Source: Hemiscyllium ocellatum (Eukaryota). Taken from it: a stretch of 64,000 nt of DNA. The stretch spans positions 62,214,320-62,278,319 of the forward strand of contig NC_083412.1 in the NCBI RefSeq assembly GCF_020745735.1. The letters run 5' to 3'. The notes under the pieces were generated by a model. It saw nothing but the letters and a program-made list of their open reading frames with translations, was not told where the DNA came from and made no database searches. This document shows positions 13,131 through 26,211 of the stretch, piece by piece (the stretch's first letter is position 1; every line of letters begins with the position of its first letter). The position numbers and the translations under genes are program-made.

Positions 13131-13678
13131 CTCCATGCATCCCCTTTGTGTGCATGATTCATTCACTTTTTGTTGAACTCTTCATGTGTCAGCCACAAAG
13201 CCTAAAGGCTTACCTTTTTAATGTTCCCTTCTCAAGTGACCTTGTTCCCTAACTCCCTATATGGGGCTTTTCGAACCTCACTCCTGTTTTACCTATATCA
13301 CTGGTACCAATGCGTACCATGGCTGCTGGCTGTTCGCCAACCTCCTTCAAAATGTAATCACTGGACCCTAGCACTAGAGAGGCAACATACCATCCTGGAG
13401 CCTCATCTGTTGCCACAGCACCATCAATGTGTTCCCCTAAAATTGAATTCCCTAAGATTACTGCATTCCCATATTTGTTGCTCCTGTACTGTGCAGCAGA
13501 GCCAGCCAATTTGGTTGTTGCTAATTTCCCCAAGAGGCCACTCCCCTCAACAGTATCCAAAGTGATAGATTGGTTTTTCAGGGGAATGACCACAGGGAAT
13601 TCTTGCAATGACTGTTTAATTCTCGTACTCTACCTGGTGGTCACCCATTCCCTTTCTGCCTGTGGAGTCTTTTCTTGA

Positions 13679-13999
13679 ATTAGATTAGATTAGATTAGAT
13701 TATTTACAGTGTGGAAACAGGCCCTTCGGCCCAACAAGTCCACAGCGACCCGCTGAAGCGCAACCTACCCATACCCCTACATTTACCCCATTATCTAATG
13801 CTACGGGCAATTTAGCATGGCCAATTCACCTGACCCGCACATCTTTGGACTGTGGGAGGAAACCGGAGCACCCGGAGGAAACATACACAGACACGGGGAG
13901 AACGTGCAAACTCCACACAGTCGCCTGAGTCGGGAATTGAACCCGGGTCTCAGGCGCTGTGAGGCAGCAGTGCTAACTACTGTGCCACCGTGCCGCCCA
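13679..13999 (-). mobile_element. Full-length young HE1 V-SINE
   Basis: tRNA-derived head with A box (TGGCACAGTAG) and B box (GTTCAATTCC), V-domain, CR1-like tail and (TAATC)n; very similar to the copy at 55203-55512. Confidence 0.92.
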
Positions 14000-14904
14000 C
14001 AAACTGTGCCGTGACCACCTCAGTATACATGCTATCCATAATTCTTACAGCTTTGTGGATGTTCCAGTGATCCAGTTGCTGCTCCAGCTCTGAAACCTAG
14101 GCTTCCAGGACCTGCAACTGGCGACACTGGAAATATTTCTGGCTTTCCACATGGACCAGAAAGAGCATACCATGACTTTCAGCTCTCCTGCCATGACTTA
14201 CCCCTTTCAATTAACTATTTGAGAAGATGCTCAATATCAGTTTCTCAAGGGCCTTTCGATCCTGTTCTTCATTACCACGGAATGTAACTCTTAGAAATTA
14301 TAAACCCCAAAAAAGACCTTACAAACTAGTAGTGATAAAAGTTGCAAATATTTAGTTGACCTTATCGACTACTTACCAGTCAGCTCTCTCCCTTACAGCC
14401 TCTATTCCTGCAACACGGCAAGACCACTCTGGCTTTCCTTAAAAGGTTGGAAACAAGAGGAGGAGGAACAGTGTACCAATACTGCAGCCATTGTACGATG
14501 ACTTTGGTGACTGTCAATAAAATTTGTGGATTTGGCAAGGAACAAAGGAAAAAGGTGGAAATTATACCTTAGGGTAAAGATGTTGATAGCAATATTTAAG
14601 GGTATGTGAGAAGCAAAAAGAGAATAGTTCACTCTTTACAGTGTAAACTATTATCAGCACAAGGAATGAATTTTGAATGGTTAGCAACTTAGTGATAGAT
14701 TTAAGAGCAGGTGGTGTTTCTTAAGGAGGTGGGCTCAGACAGCAGAAGCAGATAGGGGGAAATGTGAAAAAGTAGGGTCACAGATGGGAGTGGATATTTA
14801 ACATGTCAGCAAGAGGGGCTTAAACAATGGTCTCCATGTACATTGTTGTCATGACTGGAAGAGACACAGGTAAGAATTTTTCATTTTGTTAAGTTTATTT
14901 CAAG

Positions 14905-15190
14905 GGGCTAGATTAGAGTGGTTCTGGAAAAGCACAGCAGTTCAGGCAGCATTCGAGGAGCAGTAAAATCAACGTTTCAGGCAAAAGCCCTTAATCAGGA
15001 ATACAGGCAGAGTGCCTGATGGGTGGAGAGATAAATGAGAGGAGGGTGGGGGTGGGGAGAAAGTAGCATAGAGTACAATAGGTGAATGGCGGAGGGGATG
15101 AAGGTGATAGGTCGGGGGATGGGTGGAGTAGATAGGTGGAAAAGAAGATAGGCAGGTAGGACAGGTCATGGGGACAGTGCTGAGCTGGTG
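14905..15190 (-). mobile_element. PLE pseudo-LTR, family A, with pyrimidine-rich upstream segment
   Basis: Minus strand reads ...ATTCCTGATTAAGGGCTTTTGCCTGAAACGTTG...; same architecture as 50326-50548. Confidence 0.75.
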
Positions 15191-15626
15191 AGTCTGTTTC
15201 AGGACATGGTTGAAGATGTTTATTTCAAGATCATTCTTAGATATAAAATTGCTTTCAGGCTTTTAAATAGCTTTTTTTGGTTTATTTTCTTGCCAGTGAT
15301 TGAAATAGCTCTCTTATTTAAATCAGGATTTTTATTAAGAAATCGGAGCAGGAAGACTTCATTCAGCCCATTTAGTCTGGTTGACCATTCAATAAGATTA
15401 TGGCTGATCTGACTGTGGCTTAATTCCACTTTCCTATCCCTTAGCGCTGGACTTCCTTGCAGATCTACCCCAAATGAGATCTAGGCACCTTCATCCTTTA
15501 GGTGATTTTGAAGTTCTCATATTATTAGTGTCTCTAGATTTAACTATGATCTGTTTGTACACTGCTTTGAGAACTAGCTGCTTTTGTTGCATGCAAATCT
15601 TCTAAGATTGGTTCAGACTAAATTAG

Positions 15627-15832
15627 GAGAAAGTGAGGACTGCAGATGCTGGAGATCAGAGAGTCGGGTATGGTGCTGGAGAAGCACAGCTGGTCAGGCA
15701 GCATCCAAGGAGCAGGAGAATTGACGTTTCGGGCATAAGCCATTCATCAGAAATGATTAAGAGCTTATGCTCGATTCTCATGCTCCTCGGATGTTGTCTG
15801 ACCTGCTGTGCTTTTCCAGCACCATACTCAAC
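15627..15832. mobile_element. PLE family A fold-back insertion with 14-bp TSD
   Basis: Inverted arms meet at ~15752; TCAGACTAAATTAG (15613-15626) and TCAGACCAAATTAG (15833-15846). Confidence 0.82.
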
Positions 15833-18029
15833 TCAGACCAAATTAGTACGGCCCAAATCAGCTTCCAGTAGTCTTCATTCATTGTTTATCACTTTCTGTC
15901 AAATCCGATTTCAGAAAAGTGGCTAATCAATTTATCAATACTGGTTTGCATCTAGTATATTAGAAATAATAAAAATACAAATGACTTATCTAGTTCATAG
16001 TTGAGTTTAGTAAGTTTAATTTTAATGTTTGTTCTGATACCAACGAACTGGTGTTTTGCAGCTGCTTTGGACTCATTCCTCTGAGAATACCAGGTTCAAC
16101 AAAAATATAATGCTGTAAGAACAAAGCAGTCATTTCATGCTTCTGTTGGCAATGCTCTCTCAACTGTTAACGTAGACATGATTAAAATTCACTTTCCCGT
16201 CTAGTCACAAGTAAAGCCGAGGGCATGAAGGAGAAACATGGGGAGCACCATATTAATATCTGATCATTCCTAAAGAATATTCAAAGCTGTATGGCAGTTT
16301 CTTTGTCCTGCTGGCTGACCTAGGAATGTTTGATACTAATAACTGGGTAGCTGAAATGGAAAATGATTCATCCCCCAGTGTATAAATACACACAAACACT
16401 CTAGCTATTTGTTGGAGAAATGAATCTGATTTGTTTCAAATTAGTATATTTTGCGGATTTAAAACCATATAAATTTCAAGTTAGCAACTTAGCTTTTCAA
16501 AAAGTTTAATTATAGAACTCCAGAATGTGCATTACCAAACAATAGTTAATAAATAATTTTCTGACAATGTGCTGTTAGAAAACAGGCATCAAGTTTTAAT
16601 TTTCTTTTCTATAAACCATAACTCAAAAATCATACTCCAGCTTTATAAATAGAATAAATCTCAATTCCACACTGTGTGCATTCAAAGAGATTTCTAGAGG
16701 TATTATAAACAAAATTACGATATATATTTATGCCTGGTTTTATAAGAGAAAGGGAAAACTTTAGAAACCATACATAGTCAACAAAAAAAGAACTGCGCCA
16801 TCACTTTCTCTAATTACGACAGAAACACAGGATCTCTTAAACTTTGAATTGTTGGTACGAACTTCAAAACATAGGCATCCAAATATTACTTCTATACTTA
16901 AGCAGCCACTACAAGATGTTTTGGAGTTTGAATAACTTTAATTGTCCAGTGTCTAATATCACAAAGTAAAGGAGAACCTGCATAGACACAACAGGCCAGG
17001 TGGAGTCCTTGTGTGGTATAACAATTCTATTGTCAATATATTTCTCCACCAGTTTTAGTCACAAGAATAGATAGTTAAAATCAGTCGAAGGTAGTTTTGA
17101 GAAAGAAATAATGACAAGCATGGAAAAGATGCTTCAACAGTACCATACTAACAATTCAGTTCTGATGGGGATTGGGATAATATGCATCCTCCAAATACCT
17201 TTAGGCAATGATGAAGGTACTGTAATTGGGAAAAGCAGCTGAAAATAGACAATTACAAAGTTCAAAGAAATTCAATGGTTTTTCCTTTGTTTTTGAAATT
17301 TTCAAAATGCTAAATAATGGCTAAAGATACTAACCTACAGGCCATTTAATCACTGACAATTTGTAAACATAATATTGAAGACATTGTTACTCAGGAAGAG
17401 CAATTACTCCAGATGATGCTGTGCTCTGTGTCTAAGAAGGTAGTTAGCTGATTAAGTGATTGTCTATTGCCCAAGGCAAGATTTAAAACTATATTTGTGC
17501 ACATGTTTACATACAGCATGCTTCAAATAATATTGAATCCACCACTCTAAAAAGCTTTGGTTGCTTATTAGAGATCTCTAATAAATGTTTACCCCTTTTT
17601 CAGCCTACAAACACCTGAGGAACATGTATTTTGAGTGTCACTGGTCCCTGGGAATTATGACTGAAGAGGTCTCAAGACAATTCTGGATAAATACAGAAAC
17701 ACGTTCAGGCAGATACTTCCAGAGCCGCATTAATTTTTGCAAATTTAACTGAAGGTAGCTATACGTGAAAAGGATCGGAACAGTTAACTTTGTGTAACTT
17801 CATAAAAGCTTCCAGAGCTCAATTTAACTTGACTAATTTGAATACGACCTTTATACTGCATATAATTTCATACTGCTGTTCATTTGATTGTTAAAGTGTT
17901 TTCACCATATCAAAACATACAATATTTCAAGAACAAGTGTAACTTACAGATTGAAGGGGATACTTGAAACATGCACCATTTTAGCAATGTAATGAAGAAT
18001 TCAAATAATGCAAATTTTGCTAAAAAACA

Positions 18030-18090
18030 TAACAATTGTCAATGCTTTTCATCCTGCACTCATCAGAATATTCACAAGATCACCAATGTA

Positions 18091-18121
<31 letters not shown>

Positions 18122-18340
18122 AGAGGGGATAATACATTATACTGAATTAGCAGAAACTACCAATTGATTGGTAGAGGTTGTGCCATGGAGATGCATGCAT
18201 TAGATGATGATTGACAGTTAACTATCAAACCTTGTTTATATTTATATCAGGCAGTTTGATTCTGGTCAATGCATTGCTGTCCCAGGGCAATGACAAAAAG
18301 CTTCAAAAATGCCTTCTTTCAGCAAGACCTGATTTCTGTG
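18030..18340 (-). mobile_element. Probable PLE remnant (family E) with a degenerate hammerhead-like core, inside the putative RABL3 3' UTR
   Basis: Minus strand at 18038-18070 reads TATTCTGATGAGTGCAGGATGAAAAGCATTGAC (CUGAUGA...GAAA). Confidence 0.4.
18092..18113. repeat. G22 homopolymer (C22 in RABL3 sense)
   Basis: Directly visible run of 22 G. Confidence 0.95.
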
Positions 18341-18545
18341 CCAACAAATGTATGAAAGCATATTTATGTTTCAACTATCCTCATTTTACCTAATTTTCAT
18401 TGTCTTTTATAAAAAGCAAAAGTAGTAAACCGTTCCTTAAAGAAAATTCTCTCTCCCAAATATTTAACTGTACAATCAGTGAGAGATGTTAGGAGCTGAT
18501 CAGAAGGCATTTGCTGTTACACTTGCAAATTACTGACAATTCTGC

Positions 18546-18614
18546 TCAATCGTAATGAAGAGTCTTCAATGTGCCTGCTGTTCCAAATCGCTTTCTGTCT
18601 GCAAAACCAGGAAT
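18546..18614 (-). CDS. RABL3: RABL3 exon 8, coding part (IPGFADRKRFGTAGTLKTLHYD*)
   Basis: Matches the human C-terminus IPGFPDRKRFGAGTLKSLHYD; TTTCAG acceptor; TGA at 18546-18548. Confidence 0.96.
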   Translation of the reverse strand: MPGFADRKRFGTAGTLKTLHYD

Positions 18615-20003
18615 CTGAAAAAAATACATTTTTTAAAAAACAAATTACAATTGCAGTACTCTCCTGGTTTCTGTCCACTTTGAATTCAGTTGCCAATTTT
18701 AATTATTAAAACTGAATTTCCTCTGACATGACCAAGAAGAAACAAACATTCAGTGGTTCAGAGGCTTCTGTTTCATGCAATCTTATCTATTGGCAAAGAA
18801 AGATTTTCTTTTTAAGTAACTTTAGGTTGAATAATTCAGCTCTGGTGAGGCACTGGCACTGTTCGAGTGTGAACCACACCAGTGCAAGAATGAGCTGAAC
18901 TTGTCTGATAAGTCAAGACATTTTCATGATAAACCAGGAACACCAGCAGAATGGGAAGTGAAACACAAAAAAAGGCTGATTTTTGAGTATTGTCTGCTTT
19001 TCCACTGAGGGAAGGTGTAGGAAGCATGAGTGGGAAGAAAATCACTGCATTTAAACACTGCCTTTCATGACCTCAGGACATCTTGATGCACTTTACATGA
19101 AGTAACTGATGCAGAGAATGTAGCATCAATTTATATACGACAATCTCCCCTAATGCCCATCTTTGTTTAAATGATTATGATTGAGAGATATAGGCAAGGG
19201 CATCAAACAGAAGTCTCCTGCTCCTAAGGAAGATTGTCACTACAGTACTATGGCAGCAAACAGGCAAATTTCCTGGGCACAAATGTCAAAAAGAAAAACA
19301 CAGTAATTAGAGTAATTATACCCATGATTAATATTCAACACACTTTCCTTCATAGTTTAACCTTTGATCTGATAAAGTACTTCATATTTTCTGCAGTCAG
19401 TACAGCATTCAGTAAGACAGAGCAACATGTCAAGGGTTTCCTGATAAATACTTGCATCTTGATACATTCAGCAAGCTATTGGACATGTGAAAGTATATGC
19501 TGGTTCACAGGAGTGATCAATCTAATTAAATTCAAGCCAAATTCCTCAAATCATGAGGAAGCTTTCAATTAAGTTCAATGAACCTTGCCAGTGGTTTCTA
19601 TGCAGAATCCCTCAGCTCTGGCTTCCTTTACTGGGAATTTTGCTGATTACCCAAGGACAGTATATATATAAAAAAAACACATTATTTGCCTGTCCAGATA
19701 GAAGCAAAATCTTATGTAATAAAGTAAGTAACGTTTTGCTGAATTAAAAGGGCCAAGATGCAGAAAACGCCATAAAAATAGGACAAAAAAAACCAAATCA
19801 CCATTGTTGAAAGTTAATAATTGTTTGATTATGATCAAATCAATCACATACATAAGTAATATATTGGTTTAGTTGCTGAGAAGGTTGGAGGGCTAATTTA
19901 CTGAAGAAATTGTAGCTTTCCTGAGCTGTTGATTAAACATTTGTGATTACCACTCTTATCAAGTTAATTATCAACAAAAGCATTGCTGAGCTGCTCATAA
20001 TTA

Positions 20004-20223
20004 TAGAGGAAAGTGAGGACTGCAGATGCTGGAGAGTCAGAGTCAAAAAGTGTGGTGCGGGAAAGGCACAGCAGGTCAGGCAGCATCTGAGGAGCAGGAG
20101 AATTGACATTTCAGGCATAAGCCCTTCATTCTTGATCAAGGGCTTGTGCCCGAAATGCTGATTCTCCTGCTCCTCGGATGCTGTCTGACCTGTTGTGCTT
20201 TTCCAGCGCCACACTTTTCAACA
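20004..20223. mobile_element. PLE family A fold-back insertion with 13-bp TSD
   Basis: Inverted arms meet at ~20128; CTGCTCATAATTA (19991-20003) and CTGCTCATGATTA (20224-20236). Confidence 0.85.
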
Positions 20224-20784
20224 CTGCTCATGATTACAGCAAAACTTAGTTATATTAAGGTAAGCTTATTATACAAAGCAGAAAAATCATAAACTGTTGC
20301 AAGAAAGAATACTCTGATACAGGAGTTTAGGAATATTGCTGGGGCACAGCTGGCATAGGACTGTCTGCTTTGCATCTAACCTGTGAGTGCCGCACTAGCA
20401 GTACTGTACTATAGTTCTATAATGTTCCAATTTAAGTTTCAGGAATTTTCATCTAACAAACAATTTCATATTGGTAGGAAGTAGGGAGAGAGATGGGGGA
20501 GGGGATGAAGGTAAGAACGACTGGGAAAGAATGGTGCTCTATTGTTGAGTTTAAAACAAAGAAAAACCTAAAATAAATTATTTTCTTTTAGCTTTCAAAA
20601 TTCCTTTGCATAGTATTGCTTTCTGGCTCTTTGTTTTTCAGACTTGCATTCATATCCAGCCAGATGGACTGACAATCACCTGTAATTGCAGGATTCCCCA
20701 AGTTACTGCTGGGCACAGGCAAAACTATTTACTGACTTTAATCAAGTAAATAACAGAAGAGCTGATAAAGTATCAGGAAACATA

Positions 20785-21160
20785 GACAGAACTTGCATTT
20801 GTATAGCACCTTATCCTCATCAGGAGTTTCAAAAGTGCTTCACAAGTAAATTACTTGACAAGTACTACGGTGTATTTAAAACCAGCTGCCAATCTGCATG
20901 TAAGATTCTGCAAATGGCAAATGAGAAGAGTGACCAATTACTTGAATAAAATGGATGATAGCTAGTATACCTAAAACATAGATTTTATTTGAAAAGTGGC
21001 ACAGGGTCTTTTCATGCACTTGAACAGGTAGACTTGGATTCATACCTTAACTGACAGAAGTTACTTTAAGAGTGCAACCTTCATTAAGCACTGAAATGTA
21101 AGTGTAGATTATATGCTCAAAATCTGAATCATGCACTGAATCAACAATATTCTAGCACGT
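20785..21160 (-). mobile_element. Degenerate DeuSINE (SacSINE1-like)
   Basis: Tail aacttgcatttgtatagcacc...aaagtgcttcaca and Deu-domain-like remnant gtggcacagggtcttttc; related copies at 19045-19230, 35390-35700 and 50590-50975. Family name is from recalled consensus. Confidence 0.5.
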
Positions 21161-21432
21161 AGGTAAATACGTGACTGGGCATGCCAAAGCATAAACGTGA
21201 CCTACCACTGGATGCTATTCAGAAACTGAGGTACACTGCTGAAGCTTGCTCTAAAAGACTATGCTGAGCAGATTAGTTTGATCCTGGGGTTGGTACTGAT
21301 TATTTTTCAAATTCCTGTATTTTATTTGCTAGAATTACTTATTTGGCTGAACCACTATACTGGGGAGAAAACAAAGCAGGTAGAGTCTGGCTTGGCAGAG
21401 AATACAGTATAAACCTTAAAAGGTGTACAAAC

Positions 21433-21471
21433 CTGGTTACCGTCACGTGAAAAATATCTCCTTTCTATTAC
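21433..21471 (-). CDS. RABL3: RABL3 exon 7 (39 bp, VIERRYFSRDGNQ)
   Basis: Homologous to human VIERRYFLREGNQ; canonical AG/GT sites. Confidence 0.96.
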
Positions 21472-22099
21472 CTGAAAATATGAAACACAGCAATTAAAAT
21501 TACACATGACACTGATAAATGGAAATATGAAATGGAGGTAATAATGTACTTCAATCACTTGAGAAAAAGAGATGCAGCATCACGTGACAGCTTTAGAAAA
21601 TTGTTTGCAGTGTGTGATTAAATTATTCATTACTTATATAGACACTTATCCTCATGATACTGTTTCTCCCAGAAAGAAACATTTTTCATTACAGTGCATC
21701 GAACACCGCAAATGATTTGATGCAATTACAAATTGTAACAAATCCTACAAATTTGCATATTCATTTTAACATTACATCATTGCAGCAGTGAAATTCAGAG
21801 ACAGGAATAATAACAGATCACTTATCATAATCATTAACATCCATAATATTAATACAAAATGGGGCATTTGGATGGAGCGATTTCCATAAATGTAATGAAA
21901 GGAATTTCATACAGCTATTAAAAATCAAACTTTTACTTTTGAAAAATATTTTGCTTCCATCTTAACCTAATCAAATCATTTGTTTCACGAGCTGAAAACC
22001 TAAAATTAAATGAAATTGCTGCATGGTTAATCCAATGACACATTGCCTATTCTATGTATTTATTGCAACGGGCTGCAAGATAGATGTTCCCAGTCATAC

Positions 22100-23850
22100 A
22101 TGATCGCATGGCTACTGTAAGGCAGGAGGTACATTGGTATAATATACTCATCTATCCAAACACCACCCTTTTCATATAACAAACCATTTGGATGTATCAT
22201 CATTTGCATTTATAGTTACCCAAGTTACCAGCAAAGCAGTGTTCTCATACAACAAAAAAGCTTTCAGAATGTTATTGCCATTGGGCCTGTTGTTGCATTT
22301 CCTGTTGATGGGGTTATATGGACCTCAAGGACAAATATATGTTCCTGAATGATCACCTGCATTCAAGGTACAGCTGCTCAGGTTTTGCATATGCATCTGC
22401 AGTTTCTAGTATACCTGGTCATTCACTTCCATCAAGTACAACTGTGGCGGCAATACTCTACACTGGCCCAAACTGCCACTGGAGCTTACTCTTGTTGAGA
22501 GTATTGAAGGTTTGAAAACTGGCTCCCTTATGCTCAAATCTGATCATGATTTTGTTAAAATGAAATGTGGCTTTTTGCTGTTTCACCTTGATTTTGTCAC
22601 TCACATTTGTTACTCATTCTGGTCCCAGTAGATTTAATGCTATTGAAAGAGCAATTGAGATGCTATGTGACAATAATCTTTATACTGAATTATTTTACAT
22701 GCTTTCAGTAGTTATGTTTTTCAACTTGAGGATTGCCTTGTATACATTTGTGCTGGATTTGCTCAATTTCTTTGATTCATTTGGTGGTTTCATTACTGCC
22801 TTTCCAAATGACTTGGGATGGTGTGGCGATGAAATATCCTGATGAATTTCCCAACCCATTATGAAGTTGCTGAATTCTTCATTTGTGAACTGAGGTCTCC
22901 TGTTGTTCATCACAATGTTAGGAATGTTGCAACAGCTAAAGATGCTTTCAGGTATTCTATAATCTTACCAATGGTTGTTAAAGTCAAGTGGCCCACCTCC
23001 CAGTTGTCAGAACAGCTGTATAAAGATCATAGATAATCAGTCTCTGTAAGAGTAAACAAATCGACTCCCAGCTTCATCTATCATTTGTCTGAGATGTCCT
23101 ATGACATCAACTGCTCTATACTATATTTAGCTCGGTACTGAGTGTAGACAGTTCACTGGCTGATGTAGTGCTGGATTTAATTGCTTATGTTTGGCTAATA
23201 GTGTACATTTCTTGACTCAATTCCTTGGTGGCTTGCATGGATGCACTTTATAACGTCTTCTTTCAACTCCTTAGGATTCCTTTATACACAGTTTTGAGTT
23301 ATCAGTTATCGGTTTATGCCCAATGATATTCCTATCACCACAGGAGTGCCCTTGATGATCACCATTTCATCATTATATCTAGTCGTACTTGGCGAATGGA
23401 TAGTTCACAATGTGTGGCTGCATCCTTTGCTTTTTCCATACTGAGTGCTGCTCTTGGCAACATATCTTATTAACACAGCAATGTACAACTGTTTCCTTTG
23501 CTTATATGTAACATCGAGATGATATTTCTGAAATAGGAGTAGTATTCTTTGCAGATACTTTGCAGGCAGTAGTAACATGAGAAAAATGATTTGAAATAGC
23601 TTATGGTTGGGCTTAACTCATTCTGTCTCCCAAACAGGTTTTCATGAAAATGTTCACAAACAAAAGAGAATGACACTCTTGATCACAGCGTAGTATCATT
23701 CCGTTTGTGTTAACATCCTCTAAGCAAATGCAACCAGTTGTTGCTGCTTTGGGACAATTCGACTCCTGTCTCACTGGTGCAACATTGCAGGATGACTTCT
23801 TCATTTAGATTATAGAATTTCAAGACTGGCACAGTCACCTTTAATTGTTT
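22100..23850 (-). mobile_element. Decayed Gypsy/Ty3 LTR retrotransposon integrase region
   Basis: NRRPQFTNEEFSNFIMGWEIHQDISSPHHPKSFGKA corresponds to the integrase core DNGPQF..EF..F...W...H..SSP..P.SNG.AE; IHASHQGIES zinc-finger remnant at ~23.2 kb. Confidence 0.8.
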
Positions 23851-24279
23851 GATATTAGTGAAAACAACTTCTATGTCCTAACACTACTGGCAGTGAGTTT
23901 GCATGATGGTTCACACTCAGATGACAAGTTAGGTAAGAATATTGGTAAATAGCTGATTAAGACAAACTATTGCAGTGCTATTACATCTGTTGGTTGCAGC
24001 ATTATTACTAGAGCTCTCACTGTTTTGGAATTTGAGTGAAGATCTTTCACTGTCAGTATATGAGCTATGTACTAGACTTCATTTGCAAATTTTTCTCGTT
24101 TAACTTCAGACTCACCTGGCACCTATGGCTAGCAGTTATGCTAGACTTTGGTTGTGGTCAGTGGCTCCACATCCATAAATTAGAACCTTATCAATTATAG
24201 TTTGCACAATGTGGGAAGCTCCCATTAGGTTATTTCAATCTTACAAGTAACTCACCTCATAAATTTCTAAAGCCTGTTC

Positions 24280-24790
24280 ATCATTTACAAAGCACAAGTC
24301 AGGAGTGTGATGGAATACTCTGCAGTTATCTGATGTGTGCAGCTTCAACAATACTCAAGAATTTGACACCATCCAGGTCAAAACAGCCTGCTTGACAGGT
24401 ACCACATTCACAACATTTACTGTCTCCATCATTGACATTGACATTTAGTACTAGTGGTATGTGCTAACTGCAAGATGCACTGCAGAAATTCACAAAGAGT
24501 CTTCTGACAGCACTTTCCAAACTTACAACCACTACCATCTAGAAGTGGTAATGATGGGAACACCATCACAGCAAGTGCCCTTCCAAGCCACTCACCATCT
24601 TGACTTGGAAATATATCTTTATTCGTCCATATCACTGAATCAGTTCTGGAAACCCCACCATCATAGCACCGTGACTGCCTACAACAAATGGTCTGCAGTA
24701 GTTCAAGGCAATTTGTGACCATCTTCTCAAGAGCAACTAGGGATGGCTAAGAAAGGTTTACCCTGACAGAAGCACCTACATCATGAAGGA
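24280..24790 (+). mobile_element. L2-like LINE 3' end
   Basis: YKAQVRSVMEYS...LKNLTPSR / KTACL remnant plus 3' UTR; related copies at 27380-27810, 33250-33730, 43320-43760(-) and 47755-47960(-). Confidence 0.65.
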
Positions 24791-24939
24791 AGAAAATGTG
24801 GTTCTTAGGGCTGAGACTTCCTAAAGAATATGAATGATTTCATTGGAATGTCCAGCAAATAACAACGGCTCAACAAGCATTGATGCATTAAATAGGAATT
24901 ATAAAATTAGTTCCAGCAAGAACTGGGAAAGAAACCTAC

Positions 24940-25011
24940 TTTATCAAAAAATCGGCTCAGTTTCACAGCATTAGAAGAACCTGCAGCCAAATACCGTGGA
25001 TTGGTACAATC
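24940..25011 (-). CDS. RABL3: RABL3 exon 6 (72 bp, [24 protein letters not shown])
   Basis: Essentially identical to the human peptide; TTTTAG acceptor, GTAGG donor. Confidence 0.97.
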
Positions 25012-26060
25012 CTAAAACAAATAGTAGGAAATACATGAATAAGACAGCAGTCCAACAGTAATAATTTAAGTAAAACCAAATACTTTGGATGCTAGAAATT
25101 TAAAGTAAAAACAAAACAAAGTAAAACATGACAGGCTTAGCAACATCTGTGGAGAGAGAAACCATAATGTTTCAAGTCAGCGACCTTTAATCAAGCTTCT
25201 CATGCAAGGTTAACAGACCCGAAACATTAACTCTGTTTTTTTGTCTCCACTGATTCTGCCAGCAATTAATTATCCAACTTTATGCAAGTTAGTTTACATT
25301 ATATTCTCACTTCTCACATCAATAACACTATTTTTTTTCAGGAGCACTTAGAGAGTAGCTATAGTTCTTTGTCACTTCTTTTTAAAAAAACTATTTTGAT
25401 CATAGTATATTAATTCAACAGATGCAAAAACACATTTCTATATGAAATTGCTCACAACCACAATGTCCTGATGCAATCCAGCATGTGATACTGAGTTTTC
25501 TTGAATGATATAGGTCTACAGTTAGCTGATTTCAACTGGGACAACAGCAAGGTCTGTAAAGTTGGCCTCAGTCAGAGGAAGGGTAAACAAAATCAAGCAG
25601 GGTATCTAATACAAAACACAATGCTGGGAAATATATAGATGGCCAGGAGCAGGCAGGTGGGACTAGTTTAGTTTGGGATTATGTTTGGCATGAACCAGTT
25701 GGATCAAACTGTATGTTTCTGTGCTGTATGACCCTATGACACTTCCTTGAAATGCATTTTTATTTTATTAGTGTTATAAATTTTAGATTTGAAATTATTT
25801 ACTGTAACGAAAGCCATTATTATGAAACCAAACGCAACTCTAATCTTTACACCGTATCAGAGCACTCTCATTCCAATTTCTTAACTGAAGACCTAACAAC
25901 AATTTACAGCTTTCTTGGACACAATGTCAGCAATCCAATTTAATCTAGTCCATCCGTTACTATATCATAATTACATGATTTTGTTAAACATAGAATCATG
26001 GAATACATTTTTATCTTTACTCCTATAAGAATCTGAATCAAAAGCATAAAAAGGACACAC

Positions 26061-26211
26061 CAGATTAATTTCTTCAGCATTGAAATCTTCTGCCAAGAAT
26101 GCAGTCCTTGTCAAAACTTCATTCCTCTTAGTTTCATGAATTTGGTCCAACTTAGTACCAATGACCAATAATGGAATCTGATTATCTGCAAACTGTTCAC
26201 GATCATAGTCC
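26061..26211 (-). CDS. RABL3: RABL3 exon 5 (151 bp, [50 protein letters not shown])
   Basis: Strong match to human; contains the atypical G4 box TKLD; phase 2/0. Confidence 0.97.

Larger units (their letters stand above)
9775..14450 (-). mobile_element. Old near-full-length CR1 LINE carrying nested insertions
   Basis: ORF1 start MAGELKVMVCS (ATG at 14192-14194); SGNH-esterase remnants NAVILGNSI..EQPAAMVRIGTSDIG (13249-13608); endonuclease/linker remnants at 11.3-12.8 kb; GNYRP..LTSVV..SQHGF at 11.1-11.2 kb; 3' UTR at 9775-9963. Confidence 0.8.
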
